A DNA stretch of 64,000 bases from Octopus bimaculoides (Eukaryota). Below the pieces are notes generated by a model. It did not search any database, was not told the DNA's origin, and saw nothing but the letters and a program-made list of their open reading frames with translations. Shown one piece after another: positions 25,437 through 38,502 of this stretch. Numbering within the stretch: the stretch's first letter is position 1; the number at the start of each line of letters is the position of its first letter. The stretch is taken from positions 5,055,492 through 5,119,491 of the forward strand of contig NC_068986.1 of NCBI RefSeq assembly GCF_001194135.2, in the 5' to 3' direction. The position numbers were made by a program, and so were the translations under genes.

Positions 25437-25770
25437 TTACCCATCCTTATGTGCAAGTGCTTTATCTAATGCCCATGATATTCTAATGACTTCTCCTTTG
25501 TCTCTCCATTTCCAAATGTACTTTGATAGTGTTGTGGTGTTTCCAAAGTGGTGATTGCAGAACAAGCTATTGTGCAAGTACAAGCAACTCTTGAAGGAGT
25601 TTTCTGTAAGCACAATATAATTTGATAGCAGAGAGACCAATCTGAAGTATAATGTATAATAACTGCCAATGGTATACAATATGTTTTAAGGCAGTAACTA
25701 GATAGCATTGTATCAGTTATATGACTGAGTTGTGCTGTAATATTTGGCAGCTCTAATGAAGGTAGCTTCA
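25437..25770 (-). mobile_element. Penelope-like element remnant: GIY-YIG endonuclease fragment
   Basis: NYIVLTENSFKSCLYLHNSLFCNHHFGNTTTLSKYIWKWRDKGEVIRISWALDKALAHKDG matches the YIGLTENSFK.RY..H..SF...NST.LSKYIW.LKD......W.IL.KA..Y.NG pattern of PLE GIY-YIG domains. Confidence 0.7.
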
Positions 25771-26039
25771 TTAGAGTATAAATCCATTTTCCATGCTAAC
25801 ATGGGTTAGACGGTTTGACATGGAACTGTCCAAACTACAATTGTCCATTGTGGCATGGTGTCTACAGCTGCATACCCTTCCTAACAGCAACCACTTAACT
25901 GAGCATGCTGGGTGCTTTTTACATGCCACCAGTACAGGTGTGTTTATGCACCAGCATGGGTGCATTTTATGTGGCACCAGCACCTGAAAGTAGAAGCCTG
26001 TATGTATGAAAGACAGTGCTTTTACTTAGCTTGATGCAT

Positions 26040-26280
26040 CTTCTCAAGTACAGCAAATCAACACAACTCCCAGTCCCTTGTCATTTCCTCAGCGAGGCTC
26101 AGTGTCCAAAGATCCTTTCTCACCACTTCATCTCACGTTTTCCTGAGTCTACCACTTCCACAGATTCCCTCCACAATTAGAGCTTGACACATTTTTATGC
26201 AATTGTCCTCATCTATGTGCATCATGTGACCAAACCAACACAGTCTTCTCTCTTACACACAACTGATGCCTCTTATACTC
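26040..26280 (-). mobile_element. RTE LINE 3' fragment
   Basis: Reverse-complement homology to the 3' part of the 55296-56830 element. Confidence 0.7.
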
Positions 26281-26638
26281 TTTTTTTTTTTTTGCTGACA
26301 CTCAATGGGACATTCTTCATAATATTTGGTGACTGGATTATAAGCAAGTGACCCAAATCCCATTATTTGTCTTTCTTTCTTTCTCTATCCCATTCTTCTT
26401 CATTTGAAACACAACTACTTGAATGTATTAGTTGAATTAATTGACAACCAATTGTTCTTTTACTCTATATTAATGACATTCCAGGCTGTCTATAGATATA
26501 GGGCAAATATGAAATTTGAAATATTAAATGCATAAATAGCATAGAATTTCAAGTCACTTGCTTATAATGATAATTTGGAAAAAAATTTACATCACTTCTT
26601 CTCTTACACCAAAAATGGATGATTTACAAAAAGAAAAA

Positions 26639-26692
26639 TTACATCATTTCCTCTCTTACATGAAAAATGGATGAACCAATCAATCGATGATA
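26639..26692 (-). CDS. Candidate PIGA terminal exon A: YHRLIGSSIFHVREEMM*
   Basis: Strong acceptor tttttattcttcag, phase 0, nearest to the last confident exon; no recognisable similarity to PIGA tails. Confidence 0.4.
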   Translation of the reverse strand, partial: YHRLIGSSIFHVREEMM

Positions 26693-26819
26693 CTGAAGAA
26701 TAAAAATGTGTCTACCACTTCATTCACACAACAAAGGTTGTAGCATGATGTATTCACAATTGGTGATGCTGAAACCAACATGAGAAGACCTTATGTACAT
26801 ACATCACTTGTTGTTTTGG

Positions 26820-26857
<38 letters not shown>

Positions 26858-26943
26858 TGCACACACACTAAATGGACAAACGAACAATTACTGTTTAACT
26901 ACTTTTTAAAATATCTAATATTTGCTTTAAACCAAACACTTAC

Positions 26944-27043
26944 CTCATCTGGATAGAACCACCTTAAGTAAGACAAAAATATAATATCAATGATGGTAAC
27001 TATGACAAGGAGTTTGCCAACCAGTTTTCCTGTGTTGTAGTAC
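26944..27043 (-). CDS. PIGA: PIGA exon with transmembrane helix: (K)[33 protein letters not shown]
   Basis: tttttcaaag acceptor, gtaagt donor, phase fits; hydrophobic helix followed by LRW..PD as in PIGA. Confidence 0.9.
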
Positions 27044-30000
27044 CTTTGAAAAAGAATGATAATGTATTAATATTATTTGTTATTTACTGTGATGTTGATT
27101 AATACATCATATGAAATAGTCTGTGACAGTAAGAATGATTTTGCTTCCATTTCACACAATTAAATTGATAGTATTTATTTTATCAGCTTGTGAAAGATTA
27201 ACATACAAAAGTGATACAGGGGAGTAAACTCCAAAAATCTTTTAAGTCCCATCAGCATCAAACAATGATCCTATGTAATGCATATAATAGTAATTAACCC
27301 AATCATAGCTGAAAACAGTTATCATATTCTTCACAAACTTTTGCAAGAAAGGGTACCAAGATGTTAAACATTTGCTTTAAGAATTCATGAAAATATTCAT
27401 ATTTGGAGAACCAGTGGGTGGCAAAGGGGCAGAGTTATGAGTGTCAGATAAAACACCTCACAGTATTTGTTCAGTCTGCTCTCTAAGTTCAAATCCTGTC
27501 AAAATCAACTTTGCCTTTCTTTCATTTTTTCATGGTCAATGAAAAAGCACCGTCTTTCATCTTTCAGGATCAATGAAGAAAAAGCAACAATTTACGATGA
27601 TGGACTGGAGAAACTAAGAACGTCAGACTAGATGCCATGCAGTATGTTCTGAGTTCAAATCCCACCATGGTCTACTTGGGTGGTAGACTTTATCCATCAA
27701 TCAGTTTGGTTACCACCACCTGGTGCCCTTAGTAGGGTCCACTTTGTAGCAAGCATTTAGGTCAGTTTGAAGATATCTTCGCCCCTTTTTCCCACCAGTC
27801 TTGGAAGCCCTGTAATGTTATAAATACTGCCTTACTTTCTGATTAAAAGGTAAAAAGAAAAAAATGAAAAAAGAAAAAACAGATATTCATGGTTGAAAGG
27901 TAATACCTACTTCTTTAATCGTTCTGTTATTTCTCTAGATGGCATCAACATTACATTTTTGTAAACCTTTTCAGTTCGTTGAGCTACAGAACGCCAGTTA
28001 TACATCTCTTTGATACGCTGGTGCCTCTCAAATGGATCACAAACTTCTCCTTTTGCATGAAGAGAAATAGCTTTATCCAAGCCCTGTACAAGAGCTAAAA
28101 ATATAGAACTTATTTTTAAAAAAACTATCATTTACATAAGAATTACAATAGTAAAAATCAGTTTATGACTTGTTAGATTTTTGATCTTTGTTTCTCTCAA
28201 ATTACCACATTGTGATATCTCACTATGAAAATTAAACAAGACAGGGACATTTGTAATTGGAATTTAGAGAATGCCAAAAACTGATTTCAAAAATTCAAAT
28301 CTATAAAATTTTATAGTTGCTGTGAGGTTAAGATCATAAGTTCAATCTTAATGCATGCCTTTAAAAGGCGTATTAATCTACCTCAACAGTCAAATACTTG
28401 ATTCAATCATTTGTAATCTACTTATCCACCATTAGCATCAACTTTACATTTGCTTTTTCCATGCTTTCCTGGATTGGACCCTGAAAGCATTGAGACAGTG
28501 TTCTATAACTGGATGGCCTTCCTGACACCAACCCTTTATTGTTTTTCAAATAAGGAATTTTTATTTTGCTGGCCTTCAAATACATTGAAAATTGCTGCGC
28601 TTTGAGACATATATTTTACAAATGACAACATAAGCACCATCATTGCTATTTCTCACATAGTGACAATGTGAAGACCCACAGAAATACTCCTATGTATGCA
28701 TGTGTACATACACACACACATATATATATATAAAGTCCTAATAAGTAGAAAGGTAGACAAACCATAAACCCCTTCAGGTAGGTGGCCCTGCTCGATCTGT
28801 AGAAAAGGTGTAGGTAGAAACTCCTATAAGATGCACACAGTGTAAGCTATGGACACATAAGAGGTGCAGCAATATCAAAGGAAGGCTAACTAGCAAGATA
28901 GTTTTTGTATGTGGCAGATGCTCAGGAGCAATAAACACTGAAAATGTGCAGAGAACAACTTCTGCCACATTCCAGGGAGAAAAACTAGAAGTAGTTGATA
29001 GCTTCTGTTACCTAGGTGGCCAAGTCAGTAGCGGGGGAGGGTGTGCTGAAAGTGTAGCTGCTTGAATAAGAATAGCCTGGGCAAAGTTCAGAGAGCTCTT
29101 ACCTCTGCTGGTGACAAGGGGCTTCTCGCTCAGAGTAAAAGGCAGATTGTGTGACGCATGTGTACAAACAGCCATGTTACATGGCAGTGAAATATGGATT
29201 GTAATAATGAAATAAGCAGATGTGCTTCAAGAAGAAATGGTTGGGATTTACCCTAATTACCTCTATAATATTAAACACCCACACACATATTCAAGGGGCT
29301 TCCTTATAGTTTCTATCCACTAAAATTCATTCACAAGACATTGTGTCACACATTGAGATGAGACCTGAAGCCATATGATTGAAAAGCAAATTTCTTAATC
29401 AAACTAACAAGTAAAATGATAAAGATGATTTGAAAAAAATATATAAGCAAAAAACGAAAATTAACTCTACTTTAATCTTAACAAAAGTCTATACTTAAAT
29501 ATTTGTTTTAAGAGTGTGAGGATAAAGTGATTCTATTAAATTAAATTTATACATTTTACCCAAGGTATTCATTTCAGTATCTTACCTGGAACATTAGGTT
29601 CAGCCAGTATGATAAGGTCGTCTGGAAGTACTTCAGGAACTCCACCAACTTTGGTACTCACAACCTGAAGTCTAAAAGTGAAAGTAGAAAACATAATAGA
29701 TAATGATAGCTGTCACTGTAATAGATTAAGAGAGAAACAGAAAGAAGAGTGATCCTTATTACAAGAATGAGGAGAGTGAAATATTTGGGGTTGTAAGACA
29801 ATTGTGTTAAGATGAAGGAATGTATACTATATTATTAGCATTGAAAAGAAAGCGACATACAAATGTCATTATAAGGGCTTGCAAAACAAGGATTATGAAT
29901 TGCAGAAAAGAAGCTAGATTTAAAGATCAAAGATGAGATTAGATCAATTAAGGCAGGCTAAGTTCAAGCTTAGTTTTTGAGGAAGGCTTTAGGATAGGTT

Positions 30001-33000
30001 ATATTGAACTAATCTTTTGCGGAGTCTGATTACTAATATGAAAGCTAGATGCAGAGAAATGGCTTATTAGAATTGTGAAGTGTCATACTGTATGCGTAAA
30101 CTCCCATGAAACAAGTTTGATTTCCAGTATAACTATTTCTCTAACACTGCTATGTCCTCGAGAAATACAAGAATGTCATAATTCCTGCAGTCAAGAGAAC
30201 TAACTACAAGCTGATAGATACTTTTGATAGCAAAAAGGTGGCCAATTGACTTTATCCTGTTCAGGCCAGATATGAGCAAAGATTAGCTGTGAGTTCTGTG
30301 AAGAATCATGCGTAAAGGTACATATCTATCAGGGTTCTACCTTTATGTCTTTGCTTTTCTATCTAGGCCTTCACAATCACAAAATGACTGAGTACTCATG
30401 AGAACTGCAAAAGAAGGTTAAAACTTGCAATAGTGAGTCTGAATAAAAAAAAACCCACAAGTGGGACTGTGCAAGAAAATAATATTCAGTAGATACTATA
30501 TAGTGGCCTTGTATTTACTGATTACACAGGAAGGGAATAGATGTACAGCATGAGTAAATGATTTACATAGGCAGTTATGAACTTGAGGCCAAGGACTATT
30601 CAGTTAGCGAGTAAAAAATAGGTGATATAATTTATATTGAAGATAAAGCTAATGATCTTACAGTGGCTACAAGTGAAACTGTTTGTCTTTAACTCAGAGG
30701 CTTATTAAGGCTGGAGCTAACCTGGTTCCCAAGATATTTAAGCAACTGATGTACAAGACTCTGCCCTTAAACAAGATACCAATCCACTGTAGTATTAACC
30801 ATCAGCTGCCAACAGAACTCAATGTCAGTTGAATAAAGTGGAGCAACATGAAGTGAAGTAGCATGCTCAAGGATACAACATAACATCCAGTTCAGGTATT
30901 GAACCCACGTTTTAATGAGTGTGAGCCCATTACCCCTAACTAAGCTACATGCCTTTACTTAGAAGTTAAAAAATGTTATAATATATATCAAAGGTAAACT
31001 TAATGATATTACAGTAGTTAGAGCTAAAAAAAGTAAAAGTCTTGTTTTTGTTTTTTTTAAAGGCTTAGTCAATTAGTCAGAGGGTGAAAAATAACACCTA
31101 TGACATTTTTCAAGGGGTCTGATATTGATAGGAGAAAAGGAAACTTATACTGAATGGAGATCTGGCTTGGATACTTGCAATAGCAGAGTGGATTCCAAGA
31201 GGCATCTAACTAGTTAATAGTATTAAACTTAAGTTTAAAGAAAGGTCACTTCTATTGACAACAATGAATTTATCATTAAGATAGATTATATGGCATAGAT
31301 GTAAGTATTGTGGTATCCCCTTTAGTACTGAAATATGAGTTGTGAATGTCAAGGACCAACCTAATAGTGATGGGAGATGATTTTGAATGTAAGGTTGTGC
31401 AATGTTAACTTAAGACAAAAATTAAGCACAAGTATATTTAGAAAGCAACTGGAGAGCAAACTTTAGTTTAACCCTTTAGAATTCAGATTTCTTTGTCAAA
31501 TGTATTGCTTATTTATTCACGTTGTTTTGAATTAATCTTGCATTATCTCACAGCTTTGAGATTTTGATGATGTAATTGTTTATTTTTAGAATGATATTGT
31601 CTGCTAAGTGTGAGAGGCTGGATCTGGCCAGTTTAAACATAAAACAAGTAGAATATTTGGGCTGGATAAGGCCAGTTTGAATGTTAAAGAGCTAATATAG
31701 ACAAGAAAAATGGCAGGTGAAAAATTGCCATGAGTTAACAATGCAAACTATTTTTACAGCAAGAGTAAATGGAGAAAGAATAAAGACTGATTATCAAAGA
31801 TCCATTTGAAAACACTAGACTTTATAGCTGAGATGATGTAGCATCAATGAATGGTGAGCAATGCTATCAAAATCAACTAACAATTAAACATACGCAGCAG
31901 AAATATAACTTTTCTTTCATCTCTTCTTTCATTTCAATCACGTAGTTATGGCCATGCTGGGATCAACTTGTGTCAAGTCATATACTTCAGAGACAAAATT
32001 TCTGGTGTGAAATCAAATATAACTTACCCACATGAGGCAGCCTCAACCATTGCTATACAGAAAGCTTCAGTTAGTGAAGTGTTTAACAAAATGTCTCCTT
32101 TAACAAGAACCTATAAGTCAAATGATTGTCATTTAATTTCATGATAAATATTGTTTTCTTTTATAATGTTTAGGGAGTTGCAAGTGACCCAAATCAAATT
32201 TTTTAAAAATAGCTACAAATGATCTGTGAATGCAGTTATAAATGTACAGCTTACTCTTTTACTTGTTTCAGTCATTTGACTGTGGCCATGCTGGAGCACC
32301 GCCTTCAGTCAAGCAAATCGACCCCAAAACTTTATCATAAATCTTTGTAATAAAACTTTATTACAAGGCTTTGTTATAACAAAACCTTAACAAAGCCTTG
32401 TAATATAAAGTTTTGTTATAAGGCTTTGCTTTGTTATAAGGCTTCATAATGTTGGTTATAAAGCTTTATAAAATACACTGGATTTGTACACTGTAAGAGT
32501 AAAGAATACTATGCTAAGATGTGTATGTTCCTGTCATGGTGCCTTGAGCACAGATACCTTTATTCTTAGAGTGTACCCTAATACTGGTGCCATAATGAAA
32601 TACACCCAGTATACCTTGTAAAAGGGTTGGTAACAGGGAAAATATCCAACAATACAAACCAAACCTAAAATGCAATGTACAAACAAGACCTGGTCCTCCA
32701 ACCCATTTATGAAAGCAAAACAAAATAAAAACTGACTAGGATCATGACTATCCATCTAACCCATGCAGGCATGTAAAGCTGACATAAAACAACAATAATG
32801 ATGATACTTTAAAAAAAAAAATCACTGTAAGTAAAATAGCGAACTTACATCCCTTATTTCAGTGTGTTTCAGAGATCCTAACATTGAAACTCTTTCCTGA
32901 AGATGATGTGTTTCACAAACTTCTTCCAAAACAATTCGCTTGGGACCTTCACCTCCTAGTTTTTAAAATTGAAACTCAGATTTTATATATTGCAGCATTT

Positions 33001-36000
33001 TAACAATTTATCTTCTTAATAATTATTTGTGTAAACTAAAATGTTCATTTTCCTATCATCATGTTTAGTAATTTCTGTATCTTTTGAAATAGACTGAAAA
33101 ATAATAACAGAACTAGATATCAGAGATTAAATGAAAAATAGTGGGTTTAGATACATCTGGATGGAGGAGGTAGAGCACTTACAACTTCATCTGACTACCT
33201 AATGGCTTAGATTGAGTACCTATGATTCAAACAGTACTTACAACTTAGACTTAGTAGATGTGTCTTAAAATAAGTTACCTGTGACTAGAGCTGAATATCT
33301 AAGATCTGATCCAGCTGTAGAAACTCTGCCAGATCAGATTGGAGCCTGGTGCAGCCTTCTGGCTTGCCAGTCCTCAGTCAAATTGTTCAACCCATGCTAG
33401 CATGGAAAGCGGACGTTAAACGATGGTGATGATGATGATGATGATGATGAACAGAATTACTGTGATTTTTGATTGAATATTTATGATTTTAAATGAGTAT
33501 CTATGACTTGGAATGGGAAACTAAGACTTGGATAGAATAACCATGATTTTCATTGTGTACTTAAGACTTCATGTGAATGCCTTCACCAAGAACCTAAGTA
33601 AGGTGTGAACTGAATGCCTATGACTTGGACTGAATGATTTAGACTGAGTATCAATGATTAAAACTGAGTGACTATAACTCAATTATAACGACCTAATAAC
33701 AATACATTAAACATTTCATTTTTAGTCTTATCACAAACGATTCTGATTGAGACAGACAGACAGACAGACAGACAGAGCTAGAGAGAGAGATTCTAGGAAG
33801 ATTTGTCAATCAAGATGAGTGATTTTATCGATGGTAAAAGCTATTTGTACTATGATCTCTATTTCTAAGTGAAAACTAATGAGCAAAGACTGTGATACAA
33901 GATTGGAGGTATTTTAAATTCTATATAGAATGTGAATAGCAATAAGATATTCAAAACTCAGATGTTCTCAAAACAAACTTTTATTTAACCAAATGACTAT
34001 AGTTTAATTAATTGGAGAGTGTAGATAGATATTTTTGATTGCAAATTTTCAAAAATTTATTACAGAAAACTCAGGGGAATTAATTCTAGAAAAATGAAAA
34101 TGTTTCACTCCATCCAGTTTAACATCATAACCTGACCCAATTCAATAACACCAGCCCTTGATCCTTGGACTGTGAGCCTAACACCCTACCTAGTTTTATA
34201 CCACCACCTTGTTCTTAGGTATCTTTGGCAGGGATCACTGTGTTGCAAGCACTCCAGTCAGTTTCTTTCCCAACCCCGTTTTTCCTGTACACCTTGGCCT
34301 CTTGATGATCGAACTGGGCATCAACTTCATCAATCTCACCAGTTCATAGGTATGGCCTGCAAAGATCACAGACACTGCTCTTCCTTATCTCACTAATATA
34401 TGTGGGCAGATGGATGAATGGACAGACAGCCAGAGAGAGAGATATCAAGTGATATATAAAACTCAGCTCCATCCATCAACTTGCAAAGCTAAAGGGATAC
34501 AATATGCTCTGCTTGTCACACTCTGCTCCACATAACCAACCACTTCAGGGCAGTGTTTGCAACATTGTCATACTCAGCTTCTGGAACAGGATTATCTATA
34601 ATATAGTAGGCGCGGGCATGGCTGTGTGGTTAGGAAGCTTGCTTCCCAGCTGCATGGTTTCAGGTTCAGTCCCACCGCGTGGCACCTGGGGCAAGTGTCT
34701 TCTGCTATAACCCCGGGCTGACCGAAGCCTTGTGATTGAATTTGGTAGGCGGAAGTTACTGCCGTGTGTGTATACATCTGTGTATGTGCTTGTGCCTCTC
34801 TCCCAGAGAGTGAGAGGGGGATATCTAAGGTTTACAAATTTCTAATTAATAGAGGTTACTAATGTGTTAAATTGAATTAATCTAGGAATAAGAAGAATTT
34901 CATTCATAAAAAAAATACGGTTAATTTACAGACAAAAATATGCAAATAATTATTTTACAAAATTTAACAATATTAAATTAGAAAACATAAATGAATCTGA
35001 GTGATTTTGTTTATGAAAACTACTGACATATTTAATGTTGGTTTCACATTTTGGCACAAGGCCAGCAACTTTGGAGAAGTGGTTAAGTTAATTACATCAA
35101 CCCCCAGTACTCAACTGGTACTTATTTTATTGAGACTGAAAGGATGAAAGGTAAAGTCATGCTTATGATTCTGCCAGCTGGCAGCCTTATTGACCTGTGA
35201 AGCCAAGTGAAACCATAATCATGGCTGATGCTGGTGTCACATAACAGGCACTCATGCCAGTGGCACATAAAAAGCACCCTTCAAACGTTGGACCTTTCAG
35301 AGATGATAAGTGACCGAGACCTTTTGGTGAAATGCCATGCCTGTGAAGACTTGTCAAACCAAGTGAAATCGCAGTTGTGGCCAATACCAGTGTTCAGTAG
35401 CTGGTACCCACGCCAGTGGTACACAAAAAAGCACACTCTTGGAATGGTTGGCATTAGGAAGGGCATCCAGCTGTAGAAACCATGCCAGATCAGATTGGAA
35501 CCTGGTGCAGCTATCCAGCTAACCAGCTTCAATCAAACTGCCTAACCCATGCTAGCATAGAAAGCAGACACTAAATGATGGTGATTATGATGATGATGAT
35601 GATGAATAATGCTACTTACCAATAATGAATTGAATATTAGGATAGCGCTTACATATATCTGGGATAATTCCAGCCAAAAGATCCATTCCTTTTCTATAAA
35701 CTAGCCTGCATATTACAACAATGGTAACTGAAAGTAATGGAAACTGATTCAGTATAAATTTACAGGTAACAACAAAATTTCAATAAATATTTTTTAGTAG
35801 AATGATAAAAATGCATAAATCTACAACTACTCTAATTCCTTTAATTGACAGATACAAATGCTTCATTAGCCGCCAAAGATCCTTGATACATTTTACGGCA
35901 CCTGTGCCTAGCGTCGCCTTTCTGGCACTTGTGCCCGTGGCATGTGTAATGAACTTTCGAGCGAGATCGTTGCCAGTGCCCCTGGACTGGCTCTTGTGTG

Positions 36001-38457
36001 GGTGGCACATAAGATACACCCTTTTGAGCATGGCCGTTGCCAGTACCGCCTGACTGGCCACGTGCGGGTGGCACGTAAAAGCACCCACTACACTCTCAGA
36101 GTGGTTGGCATTAGGAAGGGCATCCAGCTGTAGAAACTCTGCCAAATCAGATTGGAGCCTGGTGTAGCCATCCGGTTTCATCAGTAATCAGTCAAATCGT
36201 CCAACCCATGCTAGCATGGAAAGTGGACGTTAAATGATGATGATGATGATGATGATGAAAGTGATTGAGTGGTTAAGATGCTGAACTAAATATATAACCT
36301 AAAGACTTTATTATGATGCTACCATCAGCATAATGTTTGACTTAGCAGTCTTTGTTATAAGGTTTTGTTATAATGCTTATTTACAAGTCTTTGTCATAAG
36401 ACTTTGTTATAAAGCAGGGGTGAGAAAACCCCAACCCACAAGTGCAATTGCGCCTGTGAACCCATTTTATTGTGCCCACAGGCTGGTATACTCCTATGTA
36501 AAAAATATAGCAAATTTTTCAATTATAAAATTTAGACAATATTTGTATACCTATTTGCAACATAGTTTGCATTTCTACTACAACTTAAAACAGTTAGACT
36601 CGAAAAGAAAATCGTTTGGTAATTGTCATTTGAATGGAAATTTTGTTTTCACTATAAAACACATATTGCTAGATTTGTACCACTCCCTTGAGACCCAACT
36701 GCTCTCTAGCTGAAAAATATGGAATACCTCATAAGTAATATAAACGTCCTAAATTCAGTGGTAGCATTAATGAAGATGTTACACGTTAATTTAATGTCTT
36801 AAACTTATTTTTATTACAAAAATGGACTATATACCTGTTGTAATTTAGTTATCTATAGTCCTATGATATTTCGGAATACAATTCCTTCTTCAGATATTCT
36901 TCGATGGAGTCTAAGAAAACCGTTGGAAAACAGTTTATAGCAGAGACTCCTTCGAAGAATATCTGAAGAAGGAACTGTATTCCGAAATATCATCGGACTA
37001 TAGACAACTAAATTACAACAGGTATATAGTCCATTTTTTGTATTATAGTGCATTCTTGTACCATGCAAAACTTTTCATTCTTTATAATCAATACACAATG
37101 CTTCAAGCGAACTACAATACTCTCTTATTTTTATTAATGTATATTAAATTATACATAGACATATACAAGATTCACACTGATATTAGAGTTAGAACTTGCG
37201 ATCCACCTACAGACCTTTTACTTTGGAAATATTTGCCCACCACACTAAAAAGTTTCCCCATACCTGTTATAAAGCTTTCTTATAAGGCTTTATAAGGTTT
37301 TCTTTTAAGGCTTTATTAGGTTTTTTTATCAAGGTTTTATAATGTTTTCTAATGAGGCTTTATGAAATTTTGTAGGATTAATAATGGAGGAATAGGATGA
37401 GGATGGGAGGTGGTATCTCATTTAGATGGATCTGAAGCAAACTTGGTACAAGGAGAGAAGGGTGTGCAGGAGGGGAGGAGGGGAAGGCGATGGGGAGTAG
37501 GAGAGGTGAGGAGGAGTGGTAGGAGGACTTGGAATGTAGAGTGGAGGGGGAAGAGTGATGGTGAGGCGATGAGTAGAGGGGGTTGGAGAGGAGCAAGAGG
37601 AGTGGAGTGAGCAGGGAGGAGGATAGTGAGGGAGGGGAAGAGGAGTAGGGGAGAAGAAAGAGATGATTAGAGGGAAAGAAAAGGAGATGATTAGAGGGAA
37701 GGAGGAGATGACTAGAAGAGGAGGAGGAGGATTATACTCTCTTATTTCAAGTTTGTCAATAATTACCATTACACAATAAATACTTACTCTTTGATGTAAT
37801 CCGTTTTGATGGATTTGGAATGAACTTGGTACAATCAACAGCATTTGGGATGACAGACACCATTTCTGGCTTGACAGAAGACCTCAGTACAGTGTTTTCT
37901 TTACTAGTATTTTTAAAAAAATAAAAAATTAGACACATAAAATATTTATTATATAACCAGTTAAAGAGCAAATATTTTCTCCATGCTTTAATGCATTACC
38001 TTTCGTATTCAGAAATATATATCAACACAGTTCAGATCATATTGTTTTTATGAGAGGCAAAAGCAACTGTCACCAAGTTGTGACGTCCCCACAGGAGACT
38101 AGTTTTCAAGTCCTTATCATAGAAGCAATGCTGCTCTGGCATGAGATGTTTAGGCTGTGTAAACCTAACAACTTCAATGTACAGAAAGATTATGGAAAAT
38201 ACAACTGACCCTTGGGTACAGGCACTATAACCAACAGAGTGTTGGTCAGAGAAAGCATTGACAGTGTACACTGTAATAGTCTGAAAGGAAACACAAGAGA
38301 TAGATATTATTTACATTTGACAGATATTTGTCCTCATCTTGTTTGTTGTTAACACAACGTTTTGGCTGATATACCCTCCAGCCTTCATCAGGTGTCTTGG
38401 GGAAATTTCGAACCTGGGTTCTAATTCCTAAGGTATTTTTCGATGTTGTTGTTGTTG

Positions 38458-38502
<45 letters not shown>

